Virus record (IMG/VR): IMGVR_UViG_3300005607_000001
Coordinates: 188-64,187 of that record
DNA from: a virus
Lineage: Duplodnaviria > Caudoviricetes
Length of the DNA stretch: 64,000 nucleotides
Strand: one strand, 5' to 3'
Below the pieces are notes generated by a model. The model did no database searches, had not been told where the DNA came from, and worked only from the letters and a program-made list of their open reading frames with translations. Below are positions 10,162-20,289 of the stretch, piece after piece. How positions within the stretch are numbered: position 1 is the first letter of the stretch; each line of letters begins with the position of its first letter. A program made the position numbers and the translations under genes.

Positions 10162-10587
10162 TTAATCCCTAATCGCATCAAAAAATTTCACCGGCCGGTT
10201 TTTCAGCGGATGTAAATCCGCGCGCGCTTCGAGGACATATTTCGCGGACCAAAACGCATGAATAATCCCCGGCCATTCAACGACGAGCGCGCCGTGCGAA
10301 AAACAGCGGCCGAATTTGAAAAGCGCTACATCGCCTTTTCGCGGCGTTGTAACCTCGCTCGCGTATTTCATCACCCCGTGCAAATATCTCTCATCGTTTC
10401 TATGAAAATGCCAATCGGCCGGGTAATGCTCAACCTCGAACTTTTCTACGACACCCACGGTTTCATACACGGCTTTGATTAATTGTAAACAATCAACGCC
10501 GACCTTTTTAACCCGGGCTTCGTGATGAAACGGCGTGCCTAGCCACGTCCGGGCTTCGCTGATGATTCTATCTCTCATGGATTCCAT
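10162..10587 (-). CDS. Tail-associated NlpC/P60 peptidase
   Basis: ARTWLGTPFHH, GVDC, GDVALF, SHG, IIHA. Confidence 0.9.
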   Translation of the reverse strand: MESMRDRIISEARTWLGTPFHHEARVKKVGVDCLQLIKAVYETVGVVEKFEVEHYPADWHFHRNDERYLHGVMKYASEVTTPRKGDVALFKFGRCFSHGALVVEWPGIIHAFWSAKYVLEARADLHPLKNRPVKFFDAIRD

Positions 10588-10750
10588 GGTTACGATCCAT
10601 GATCAATGTCACGTGGGGTTTATTGCTCGGCAAATGCTTTAACATCTGCCTCACAATCTCCACCGCCTCATCGATATCAATCGCGTCTTCTAAACACGCG
10701 GCGAGGTTTTTTAATTCCTGTAGGTGATAATATTCCTGCGCGGTCATCAT
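10568..10750 (-). CDS. Small hypothetical protein inserted in tail module
   Basis: AAGGA SD before ATG 10750; fills the gap between hub and NlpC/P60. Confidence 0.5.
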   Translation of the reverse strand: MMTAQEYYHLQELKNLAACLEDAIDIDEAVEIVRQMLKHLPSNKPHVTLIMDRNHGIHER

Positions 10751-10760
10751 GTGATATTCC

Positions 10761-11684
10761 TTACACTGCCAGTTCCGGCGGGGGAATATACGGCATACCG
10801 CCGTAATGAATGAGATTATTAAAGACATTCTGACACGTGTTCAATGTGTGATCACAACCCGGGAGTACGGTAAACGTATCACCGGGGTTTACGGTATACA
10901 AAAACGGCTGCAATAATTGCGCAATGGTCCCCGACCAGTTCCTCACCGTGCGCTTGTAACCGTTATTATTCCCACTAGTGGAAATAATCGTCCCTTCGTT
11001 ATACAACGTCACCGGGTTCGGAACAATGCCGGTGTTGATTTGCAATTGTGTGGTGTAGGAACTTTGCGCCGTGACATTCACCGCCATGGATTCACGGTTA
11101 AACAAACACATATTATCCCCAAATACATGGGTGCATGTCGCGCCGTAAATCCTTCGCGGCATTTGTTGCTGATTCATGGTCGCCAAGAGCGAAAACACTT
11201 TCATCTTTATCGCCGACCGGCCGAAATCGACGTCGCCGACTTGGCCATAGAACCAAACAATCGCTCCATTTGACGTATCATTCCACCCATTTGGCCCGGC
11301 GAGGTAGCGATCCAATTCAACCGTGGCATAGTCAAACAACCCCAAGGACATCGCTTGTTGCCAAGTAAGATTCCCGATCAAATCATTCGGGCCGGCCATG
11401 ATCGTGATTTCCAATTCCGTGGGTTTGACCCCCACTTCTCGAGAAACCTTAGATCGTCCAAACGCGGGGCCGAGAATGAAATCAAACGTAGCGCCGGTAG
11501 GGGAATAATTCAAACTGCCGCTATTCGACGCCCATTGCGTACCGCTTATTGTCAATGCTTGACTTCCGCCGGAATAACGCAATTGCTCTCCCGTTTGCAA
11601 TTGAAACGTATACAAATCAGCGAAGGTGTAATTGTTCACCTGGGCGAGATAATTCGCGAAATTCGTCAGTGCCGGTAAGGGCAT
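10761..11684 (-). CDS. DUF2163 / BR0599-type tail hub protein
   Basis: CTHVFGDNMC and PGCDHTLNTC..FNN..YGGMPYIP Cys motifs. Confidence 0.88.
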   Translation of the reverse strand: MPLPALTNFANYLAQVNNYTFADLYTFQLQTGEQLRYSGGSQALTISGTQWASNSGSLNYSPTGATFDFILGPAFGRSKVSREVGVKPTELEITIMAGPNDLIGNLTWQQAMSLGLFDYATVELDRYLAGPNGWNDTSNGAIVWFYGQVGDVDFGRSAIKMKVFSLLATMNQQQMPRRIYGATCTHVFGDNMCLFNRESMAVNVTAQSSYTTQLQINTGIVPNPVTLYNEGTIISTSGNNNGYKRTVRNWSGTIAQLLQPFLYTVNPGDTFTVLPGCDHTLNTCQNVFNNLIHYGGMPYIPPPELAV

Positions 11685-11698
11685 ATGATGAAATCCTC

Positions 11699-13699
11699 TT
11701 AAAAGAACAGAACCCCGAATTGCGATTCAAAGAACTGTGGCACATCGCCGTTTGTTACACAGCCATAAATCCATAGATTACTTCCCTGTAAGGACGCCAA
11801 GGCGGAATGCAAGACCCAGAACCCACCCACATACGGCAAATCCGCTAGAGTCCACACTTGGCAGAATTGATAAAAAATCTGCGTCGCAACCTGTGTCGAG
11901 GGTTGATATTGAAACACCCTCACGGCGAAGTTGACGTAATTGGTATGATTCGTCGCCGCATCATCAATCCCAGGCATTAGAAAAATCACATACCACGACC
12001 CATCACCGCGAGGGATAACAGTTCCCGGTTGCATTCGATAACAATCCTGCCCGCCCGCAACACCGGTGGTGATGTAGTGGTATTCATCGGCGAATGGGAT
12101 TTGGGCGTTGTTATACTGATCGATCCAATTCGCGTTATCAACCACATATTGCGGTGCCGCACCGGGCGGTGAAGCGGCCAATGTTTCCCAGTTCAAAACC
12201 CCCAACGGAATCTTGATTATACACCCGTTTGGATACGCGGGTTGTAATACATTGTGCACTTCTTGGTCTACATCCGCGCCGGTGCCAGTGCAAAAATCCA
12301 TGTACGAATGATTGAAATACATGTAAAAATTCGTACCGCCGTTGTTATCCGGGAGTGTAAAACCTCCCGCAGGCCCTACGGTTTCATCCGCGGTGCCGCC
12401 AGTAGCAAGAAACAATCCCTCACCCAACGTCGCGGGTGTGAAACCATTGAAATGAACATTCGGCACTTCACACGGGTTAGAATAACTTCCACCGTAACCC
12501 GAGGCCTTGTATACACCCGATATCATGGTATTGATACTCGGCAATACCATAATTGCCGTATTACCGCCGGCTAATCCAAATTGCCCGAGGGCTAAAATCG
12601 GGTCATTTAATGTCTGATTATTCGACTCATAAAACCGCGGTGGGTTTGGATATGGCGGTCCAAAAAGTCCAGAAACATATCGTATTGCACCTACGATATT
12701 CAACATTCCACTAACCAACGGCGTAGAAACAGCTAACCATTCTTCGGTTATGCCAATAGTCGCATCCTCGGTATTAAACCACGCTAATACATATTGCCCT
12801 GAATGTATAGGCGTTAAAACCGGCGGCGTTCCACCTGTGCCGTTTACAACTGATGATCCAAACCACGCATCAATCGCTGCTCGCAACGCACTGGTGGTAA
12901 TTTCATATACATTCCCACTGGCGTCAATTTGGTAATTGACATAATACGCCGCCCCATTGACATCCACGAACGGCATGTTGACAATATTCGTCGGCGCGTT
13001 TGTAGTGCGGTAAATGAAATTACTAACACACGTAATCCCCGGCTGTACCGCCGCGGCTCCGGCAGACGGCCGGGTTTGTTGAAACCTAACCTTCTTCGCT
13101 TGCCACAATTGGCACATAAAATTCTCGAAATCCATTTCTGTATCCGAGAATCTCACGAGCCACGAATATGTAAAACTCGCCGAGACAATCACGCCCGAGG
13201 CCGGGGGAGTGTTGAAGGTAATATATGCCCCGGGTTCACTTGGGGTGGTTAATGTATATGCCGTTGTCAACGACCCGTTCAAATAAACCGCCGAGACGCC
13301 AGTAACGTAATAAATGGGCTCGAAATAATTCCCCATTGTCCGGCCCAATTGAAAGACCGTCGTCACTCCGTCGCCGGTTCCCAATGTCTGCGACGTGACC
13401 GAGTTATCCGTCGGGTCGTTGAACAGAAACGGCACCAATGGACCTTGTTGTTGTAAATAAAACCCGGCCAGTGAGCGCAGTTCGTCATAACCAATCCCCA
13501 ACCCGCTCGGATTCGCCCGCGTGTCCCATTCATCACGTAGAACATCAAACGTTAATTCCCATCGCCACAATGGTACGGGCTGATCCATGACCCGTTTTTC
13601 TCTCTTACTCACCCCGCGCTGTAACCGCGTGTGCCAAAACGGTTCCTTAAACACACTCCAGGCCTGCGAGGGCAGATTCGGAAAACTATTATACGTCAT
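11699..13699 (-). CDS. DUF2460 distal tail protein with ~450 aa C-terminal extension
   Basis: FLFNDPTD, GTGDGVTTVFQL, VRFSD; long beta-rich C-terminal region. Confidence 0.8.
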   Translation of the reverse strand: MTYNSFPNLPSQAWSVFKEPFWHTRLQRGVSKREKRVMDQPVPLWRWELTFDVLRDEWDTRANPSGLGIGYDELRSLAGFYLQQQGPLVPFLFNDPTDNSVTSQTLGTGDGVTTVFQLGRTMGNYFEPIYYVTGVSAVYLNGSLTTAYTLTTPSEPGAYITFNTPPASGVIVSASFTYSWLVRFSDTEMDFENFMCQLWQAKKVRFQQTRPSAGAAAVQPGITCVSNFIYRTTNAPTNIVNMPFVDVNGAAYYVNYQIDASGNVYEITTSALRAAIDAWFGSSVVNGTGGTPPVLTPIHSGQYVLAWFNTEDATIGITEEWLAVSTPLVSGMLNIVGAIRYVSGLFGPPYPNPPRFYESNNQTLNDPILALGQFGLAGGNTAIMVLPSINTMISGVYKASGYGGSYSNPCEVPNVHFNGFTPATLGEGLFLATGGTADETVGPAGGFTLPDNNGGTNFYMYFNHSYMDFCTGTGADVDQEVHNVLQPAYPNGCIIKIPLGVLNWETLAASPPGAAPQYVVDNANWIDQYNNAQIPFADEYHYITTGVAGGQDCYRMQPGTVIPRGDGSWYVIFLMPGIDDAATNHTNYVNFAVRVFQYQPSTQVATQIFYQFCQVWTLADLPYVGGFWVLHSALASLQGSNLWIYGCVTNGDVPQFFESQFGVLFF

Positions 13700-13700
13700 C

Positions 13701-14783
13701 TTACAACAACACCTTCATAAACTTCACGCTCTTGTTTTGCCAAATCTGATACATGAAATTCTCAAAATTCATCCCGTCATCAACGAAGCGGCATAAAAAG
13801 TAATATGTAAAATCCACCGTGACATTCACCCCTTGGCCGGGGATGGTGGACAACGTAACAATCCCTGTATTTGGATCAACGCTATACGTCACAGGATTTT
13901 GCAACACGCCGCCGATGTAGAGGTTTATCACCGATTGATAGTTGGTAATGGGCTCAAAAAACCCGCCGCCGGCCAACGAACTCCCGAAGGTGCGACCTAA
14001 TTGAAAACTCTGCGTGCGGCCGTCGCCGACACCAATTTGCTGACTGGTGATCGTGTAATCCGTCGGGTCTTGATACAGAAACAACCCATTCCCGCCGGCC
14101 ATTTGATTAAAGAACCCCGCCAATTCACGGAATTCATTATACCCAACTCCCAACCCACCGGAATACGTGCTCCGTGTATCCCATTCATCGCGTAATAACG
14201 TATAATTCAACTCCCATTGCCAAATGGGTATCGTTTGTTCATTAACGCGAAATTCAATCCCCGAAACCGACCGTTGAACCCGATAATCCCACTTTGCGGT
14301 CTTGATCACCGACCACGCTTGCCCGGGCAATGACGGAAAAACCGGCAATGGCGCCGGGGGAATGATGCCTTTTATGATCTCAAAATTAACCGCCGTCGAT
14401 TTGATAAAATATCCTTGAGGGGTTAAATCAATTGGTAAACGCGTGTGTACAGTGCATACAAAACTCTGAACGATTTCAATTGGAACAGGTAATGATCTGC
14501 CAGTAAGCGTTTCATTACCTGCTGACATTAAGATTTCGCGAAGGGTATTTGAAACATTTATACCAATACGATTATCAGTTATTAATACTTCGCGAACTGT
14601 ATTGGAAACGTTTATGCCGTTACGGTTATCAGTTACCAACACCTCACGCACGGTATTGGATACATTCAACACCGTGCGGTTATCAGTTACCAAAACCTCA
14701 CGAACAGTATCAGATACATATAGTGTGGCGTTGTCCTCTAGTAATACTTCTCGGAGTGTATCCGAAACAATAAGGTTTACCAT
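13701..14783 (-). CDS. DUF2460 distal tail protein paralog with N-terminal repeats
   Basis: FLYQDPTD, GVGDGRTQSFQL, CRFVDD; similar by eye to the N-terminus of 11699-13699. Confidence 0.82.
   Translation of the reverse strand: MVNLIVSDTLREVLLEDNATLYVSDTVREVLVTDNRTVLNVSNTVREVLVTDNRNGINVSNTVREVLITDNRIGINVSNTLREILMSAGNETLTGRSLPVPIEIVQSFVCTVHTRLPIDLTPQGYFIKSTAVNFEIIKGIIPPAPLPVFPSLPGQAWSVIKTAKWDYRVQRSVSGIEFRVNEQTIPIWQWELNYTLLRDEWDTRSTYSGGLGVGYNEFRELAGFFNQMAGGNGLFLYQDPTDYTITSQQIGVGDGRTQSFQLGRTFGSSLAGGGFFEPITNYQSVINLYIGGVLQNPVTYSVDPNTGIVTLSTIPGQGVNVTVDFTYYFLCRFVDDGMNFENFMYQIWQNKSVKFMKVLL
14525..14775 (-). repeat. Five tandem 17-18 aa (51-54 bp) coding repeats VS(N/D)T(V/L)RE(V/I)L
   Basis: Visible in both protein and DNA. 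Confidence 0.9.
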
Positions 14784-14795
14784 CTCGGTGCACCT

Positions 14796-16328
14796 TTATG
14801 ATGCACATTTCGGCCCGGCATACGCCGCGTTTACACCCGAAGTCGTCCACGCCGCGCTTGTATGCGGGTCGGTATCGAAATATGAATCCTTAAACGCATA
14901 CGATCCGGTGGGCGTTTGCCCGGGGTTACTACCTGCGGAATCGGTGCCACTAGATGACACACGACAATCAATCGTCCTAGTTCCCGAGGTACTTAACCTT
15001 GCACAGCACTTGACCGCCATTGTATAAATATTCACCGGATTGGTCGTCAACGCGGGATACGAATACAAATCCTCATTCCCCGCCGTTGAGGATTGAATAG
15101 CACTTAAATCGCCGGCATTGGGGTTTTGTGCTTCGGCCCAGTGATTAACAGTATATGAACTGCAATTACCCCATATATTCCACGAGGGTTGACTCGGGGT
15201 CATAGTCGGACTTGTAGGTGCACCGGAGGTGTAAGTATTCGATGCCGAATATCCGGCCGATGTTGTATCCGTTTCTTGCAATACAACCGACGTATCGGTT
15301 ATAAACCCGATCCAGTAATAATTCCCCGAGGTCAACGATACGCCGGAACTAAAGGTGCTGGTTAATGTCGTCCCCGAGGTCGTACCCGTAACCTGACCTC
15401 CAACCGCCAATGCCGCGCCGCTCGGCGATCCCGAAGAATCATTATACACAACGGCCTTAAAATTCGCCGTACCATTCGACGCTTCGGGAACACAAGACAC
15501 ACTATTCAACGTCATTGCAACTTGTGCCTGATACCGACGCATGAAAATGGTATTCGCTCCCGGTGCATTGGTGTTTGTAGTAATCGAATACGATGTACCC
15601 AACAATGCCGTATACGCCGAGAATTGTGTCTGAAAATCCCCGGTCGGATACTGGGTTTCAATCCTCGGGTTCGTGTTCAACACCGCATTGTTCGTCGTGC
15701 CGCTTGAACTGAACAGATAAAAATCATCCACCACAAATGCAAGCGTAGTATTGCCGTGAATCGCCCCAAAGCCAATCTCATTACACGACGCTTGACCATT
15801 TGCTGTATTTCCGGTACCGCTGAATAACGAAATACCATTCAACCAAATCTGATAAGCACCCGAAGAACCAAAGGTGATGTCAAATTCTACATATGTCGTA
15901 ACACCTGAACCGATACTACCGCCACTAGCAATGTTTGTACCGGAATACGAACTGTTAAATGCCGCCCCGCCGGTTTCTAAATGTAAAACGCCTGACGTAT
16001 CGACATGAATCGCACACATCGGATTGCCGTTGTTCAGAAACTGAAAAATGCAATCCGATACGTGCGCTGTTTGCATTCGAAAACCGCCAATCAACCGCGT
16101 ATAACTCGTAGATAAATTCAACCCAATACCCCAAAAGGAATTGCCATTATTCGGATTAAAGGCCAATGCGGTACCAGTTGAACTCAAGCCATTAGCGATC
16201 GATCCCAGAAACGCGCCGAAATAATTAAAACTCCAATCAAGATTAATCAGCGATGAAAGATTCCCGTTATTACTCGAATTCCCCACAGGGCCGTATTTAT
16301 CAAACCCATCGATGAAAATCGTGCTCAT
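14796..16328 (-). CDS. Virion structural protein (tail fibre/adhesin-like, Ser/Thr/Gly/Asn-rich)
   Basis: IDGFD N-terminus, beta-rich composition, position after tape measure. Confidence 0.7.
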   Translation of the reverse strand: MSTIFIDGFDKYGPVGNSSNNGNLSSLINLDWSFNYFGAFLGSIANGLSSTGTALAFNPNNGNSFWGIGLNLSTSYTRLIGGFRMQTAHVSDCIFQFLNNGNPMCAIHVDTSGVLHLETGGAAFNSSYSGTNIASGGSIGSGVTTYVEFDITFGSSGAYQIWLNGISLFSGTGNTANGQASCNEIGFGAIHGNTTLAFVVDDFYLFSSSGTTNNAVLNTNPRIETQYPTGDFQTQFSAYTALLGTSYSITTNTNAPGANTIFMRRYQAQVAMTLNSVSCVPEASNGTANFKAVVYNDSSGSPSGAALAVGGQVTGTTSGTTLTSTFSSGVSLTSGNYYWIGFITDTSVVLQETDTTSAGYSASNTYTSGAPTSPTMTPSQPSWNIWGNCSSYTVNHWAEAQNPNAGDLSAIQSSTAGNEDLYSYPALTTNPVNIYTMAVKCCARLSTSGTRTIDCRVSSSGTDSAGSNPGQTPTGSYAFKDSYFDTDPHTSAAWTTSGVNAAYAGPKCAS

Positions 16329-16339
16329 ATCATTTCACC

Positions 16340-19300
16340 TTAAAACGTCCGCATTGACAACGTATTATTCCTCGAGGCCTTCGACGCGGCTTTTAATATC
16401 GTCGATGCGTGTTTCATCAAGAACTCGGCGCCGGTTTTGGTATCAATGGCATGAATGTGAAAATGCGTATCGCCTGAGGCTTCGTTGGTTTCACTCACAT
16501 TATGGCCAAACGATTGTTTATTAATCATGGCCTGCATACCATTTGAAATATGCGCCGGGAGGACCATTTCCTGCGGATGGAGAATTGACAATTGCCCGCC
16601 GCGGCCATCGTTGACAACCATTCCCCCGGCCGCCGACGGAACGATACCGCCCAACGCAAACCCAAACGGCTTTGGTGTCACTGCGTTAATCGCGGCACTG
16701 GTATTAATCGCCGTGACGATCGCCGTGTCGCCAGTTGTAATCGTCGTGGCGAGGGTGGTGCCGAGTGCCGTAGTTGCGGCGGTTAATGTTCCAGTTTGCG
16801 TCGCAATCGCCGCGGTAATCGGTGCCGCTGTTGTTGCAGCGCTTGTCGCTGCGCCGGTTACATTTCCAAACAATCCCCCGATCGCATTGCCCAATACGGC
16901 ACTCAATCCCTTACTCGCCACATCCGCCCCGACGCCTAACAACTTCGCCAAACCCTGCGCGGCCAATTGCTCGCCGAGTTTCAGAAACATATCCAGTGCC
17001 GCTTTGCCTGCGGCCTCTTCGAGTTTCCAAAAAATCTGTTGCTGAGCGGTGACGGTCTTAATACGTTCCGCGACGATCGGCAACCCATTCGCGGCGGTAG
17101 TTTGGAACAATTGCACCTGTTGCGTTCCGCGACTAAACCCTTCGATCATGCCTTTGATCTCGGAATCCAGTGCGCCTTTTAACCCCTCGCCGATCGAATT
17201 AAACGCATCGGTGAAGGTTTCATTAAACTTATCCGCCGACTTTTTCGCTTCGTCACTTAAACGCTTAAGGTCATCAGTCAATTTCGCCGTGGTTTGATCA
17301 GAGATTTCGGCGATCTTACTCTCCGCCTGAATCCACGCATCAGAGCCTTTCTCAGACGCATTTGCAATTGCCTGCCAGCGGGCTTCACTTTGCTCGGCGA
17401 TTGCTTCGGTCGTCTGTGCCTCATTTTCAATCATTTGCTGCGTGGTAAGCTTATGCTGCGCCACCAACGCCTGATCGCGAGAGGTGTTAATCCGAGCCTG
17501 ATAGTTACCTATTTGATCCCCCAGTTCCGCGCTTTGGCGCATTTGTTGCTGTTTCTTAAGATCATATTCCTTTTGCGCCTGGGCCACTTCGCGCTGTTGT
17601 ATACTCGCCGCCTCGGCGTCATTAGACGCCATTTGAGCATCGATGGCCGCGATCTGTTTCTTAATCGCCAAAACCTTTTCCGGTGTCTTCGCCGCGGCCT
17701 CTTCGGCTTCGAGAATATTTTTCTGCGCGCGTAACTGATCATTTGCCGCTTGGGCCGCTTGACGAATGGCCTGCGTCTGCAAGTTCACCAATTGCACTTG
17801 CGCCTGGTTGCCTTCGAGGAACAAATCCTTCTGTTGCGGGTCATTTGTTTGCGCCGCGAAGCTTTGACGGATTGATTGTTCCTTTTTAACCTGACCTTCA
17901 AGGTATTGAATCTTCTCCGCCTCGATAGCGTTTGCTTGTTCCTTGTTCGACCCAGCGAGGGCGATTTGTTTATTATATTCCGCCTCTTTCAAGGCCGTTT
18001 GTTGATGAAGAACTTTTAGTTCTTCGTTCATTTTTCGCAGTGCTTGGGCGGAATTGAAGGGCAGGGGCTTTTCGCCCTGGTACCCATGACCTTCATGCGG
18101 CGCCGAGTCGTCAAACATACTCCGCGGGTTGGGGGATTTGAAACTCGCCGCCCACGGTTGATTGCCCCGTTGACGCTGCAACCAACGTGCCGCGGCGTCC
18201 TGCACCTCCGGCGGTGCATCACTCGCATGTGCGTATTTCCCTCCTTGCCCAATCGCGGCACTGGCTTCACGCCAAGTCGGATCGTCAAATTGATATGCCC
18301 CGTAATGCCCACCCTGTTTCGTTACCGGCCCAATTGCTTGATAATTCCCCCCACTTTCATCCATCTTAATCTGTTCAATCGTGCGTTTATCCGGCCCTTG
18401 AAGGTGCAACTGGGCATAATCTTCATCAATCGCATTCTGATTAAACGGATTAAACGAATCGCTAAACGCCCGCCAAAACAGCTCCCATTTATTCTGACTC
18501 TGCGTTAAGTCATACCACCCAGTAGCGGCGTCGTTCAAACTTTCGACCATCCGCGTGAGCCAGTCCAAAACCCCCGTACTGCCCGACATTGCCGTGAAAT
18601 GTTCTCCCAAACCTTGCATCGCCTCGGACAACCTACGCGATGCAACGGCGGCCTTTTCCAATCCCTGGGCTAATTGAGTGTCCAATACACTTCCGGTTTC
18701 CGTTGCCGCCTGTTTGTTTCGCGCTAATTCCTCATCCGTTTGTTCCAAATACGGCACCAATTGCTCGAATTGCCGCCCGAACAACTGATGAAACACCCTC
18801 GTACGTTCAAGCGAATCCCCCATGCGCTGCCATTTTTCGCGCAACAATTCGATCATATTCGCCGGGTGTTGTAACCCATCGGCCAATTGCGAGAGGGATA
18901 TTCCAAGTTCATTGAACGAATCGCGGGCCTTTGACGTAGGATTATTAATCCCCTCTTCGATTTGCTCTGACAAAACCCCAAACACGCGCGAAAGGTCTTG
19001 GCTCGACCCGCCGGCGAGTTTCATTACCTGTTCGAGTTCAGAGAAATCCTTAACACTCATCCCTACGGATTGGGCATTGATTCGTGTCTTTTGCGCAAAT
19101 TCACCCATGCGCTCGGTGAATTCGGAAAACCGCGAGGCGGCCATAATGGCCATCAAACCGCCAACAGCAACCCCCAACGCGCCGATCGGTAAATTGGCAT
19201 CTCTTGCCGCTGCGCCCAATGTCGCAAAAAACTGCCCACGGCGACCACTGGCCGCTTCGTCGAACATCGCAACCAAATGCCGCATTTCACGCGACGCTCG

Positions 19301-20278
19301 ACGCGATCCAATAGCTACGTTTTCTAAATCCGTGGGTATCGCACGCAATTTGCCCAAGCCGCTAGTTACAAACCGCACTTTCATCTGCGGGGCGATCGTT
19401 TGCGCGAATTTAAACGCCTCACGCTCGCTTTGCACTTGTTCTTGATTATATCTTCTCAACGCATCCGTCGCACGACGAATTAACGCCTCTTGTTCGCGGT
19501 AATGCTCCGAGACGTTCGATTTGGCCGCTATTGATTCCTGATACTTAAACTGTTCCAGGTTCAATTTTTCTTGTTCTTGCGTCGCACGTTTAATCGCCTC
19601 GGCTTGTTCGCGGTAATGTTGCGCGACATTATCCGTCGGGGCGATTGATTCTTGAAACTTGAACTGTTCCTGATAATACTTATCCAGCGCGCCTGTTAAT
19701 TGCCGAATTTGCTGTTCTTGCTCGCGATAATGCGCCGCAATGTTCATTCCCGAAGCGGCGTAAAACGAATTGGTGAATCTATTTCGTTCAAGAGCAATGC
19801 GCTCTTGTTCCTGTGCCGCTTTTCGAGCGGCATCGGTCTCCGCGCGCAACACCGCGGCCCGAACATCCGCCTCGGCCATTCCCGAGTGCGGAACCTTAAC
19901 TCCCACACTTGTCGCGCTAATGCCTTCCGCCCGACGCGCAGCATCAGACATTTTCTGATACCACACCGGCCACGCATCGCTCGATGCCTGTATCTCACGC
20001 GTAATGCGCTTAACATCATTCGCCATCTCGGCCGCAGCACTTCTCGACGCCGCGGCCATATTCGATTGCATATTGGTCATTGCACCAATCAATCGACGAA
20101 GCCGTTCGGCCTCATCGCTCAATTTGTGCATCGCCTCAATCGGCCCAGTATCAAGCGCCTGAGCCATTTGATTCATTCGAGCGAATTGCGCTTCGATGCT
20201 GCGCAATTCATTTCTCAACAAGCGCAATTGATCCGAAAATCTATCTTCGGAAGTGATACTAAACCTGAAATCAGTCAT
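16340..20278 (-). CDS. Tape measure protein with internal Rpf-like transglycosylase domain
   Basis: 1312 aa, Ala/Gln-rich and helical; ESGGNY..YGAYQF..TW motif; C-terminal ALGGIVP..LHPQEMVLP. Confidence 0.9.
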   Translation of the reverse strand: MTDFRFSITSEDRFSDQLRLLRNELRSIEAQFARMNQMAQALDTGPIEAMHKLSDEAERLRRLIGAMTNMQSNMAAASRSAAAEMANDVKRITREIQASSDAWPVWYQKMSDAARRAEGISATSVGVKVPHSGMAEADVRAAVLRAETDAARKAAQEQERIALERNRFTNSFYAASGMNIAAHYREQEQQIRQLTGALDKYYQEQFKFQESIAPTDNVAQHYREQAEAIKRATQEQEKLNLEQFKYQESIAAKSNVSEHYREQEALIRRATDALRRYNQEQVQSEREAFKFAQTIAPQMKVRFVTSGLGKLRAIPTDLENVAIGSRRASREMRHLVAMFDEAASGRRGQFFATLGAAARDANLPIGALGVAVGGLMAIMAASRFSEFTERMGEFAQKTRINAQSVGMSVKDFSELEQVMKLAGGSSQDLSRVFGVLSEQIEEGINNPTSKARDSFNELGISLSQLADGLQHPANMIELLREKWQRMGDSLERTRVFHQLFGRQFEQLVPYLEQTDEELARNKQAATETGSVLDTQLAQGLEKAAVASRRLSEAMQGLGEHFTAMSGSTGVLDWLTRMVESLNDAATGWYDLTQSQNKWELFWRAFSDSFNPFNQNAIDEDYAQLHLQGPDKRTIEQIKMDESGGNYQAIGPVTKQGGHYGAYQFDDPTWREASAAIGQGGKYAHASDAPPEVQDAAARWLQRQRGNQPWAASFKSPNPRSMFDDSAPHEGHGYQGEKPLPFNSAQALRKMNEELKVLHQQTALKEAEYNKQIALAGSNKEQANAIEAEKIQYLEGQVKKEQSIRQSFAAQTNDPQQKDLFLEGNQAQVQLVNLQTQAIRQAAQAANDQLRAQKNILEAEEAAAKTPEKVLAIKKQIAAIDAQMASNDAEAASIQQREVAQAQKEYDLKKQQQMRQSAELGDQIGNYQARINTSRDQALVAQHKLTTQQMIENEAQTTEAIAEQSEARWQAIANASEKGSDAWIQAESKIAEISDQTTAKLTDDLKRLSDEAKKSADKFNETFTDAFNSIGEGLKGALDSEIKGMIEGFSRGTQQVQLFQTTAANGLPIVAERIKTVTAQQQIFWKLEEAAGKAALDMFLKLGEQLAAQGLAKLLGVGADVASKGLSAVLGNAIGGLFGNVTGAATSAATTAAPITAAIATQTGTLTAATTALGTTLATTITTGDTAIVTAINTSAAINAVTPKPFGFALGGIVPSAAGGMVVNDGRGGQLSILHPQEMVLPAHISNGMQAMINKQSFGHNVSETNEASGDTHFHIHAIDTKTGAEFLMKHASTILKAASKASRNNTLSMRTF

Positions 20279-20289
20279 TGACCTAATCC

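Noticed and set aside
11699-14783. Paralogous tail segments as a diversity-generating retroelement TR/VR pair
   Set aside because: No reverse transcriptase in the genome, and the differences are not adenine-specific
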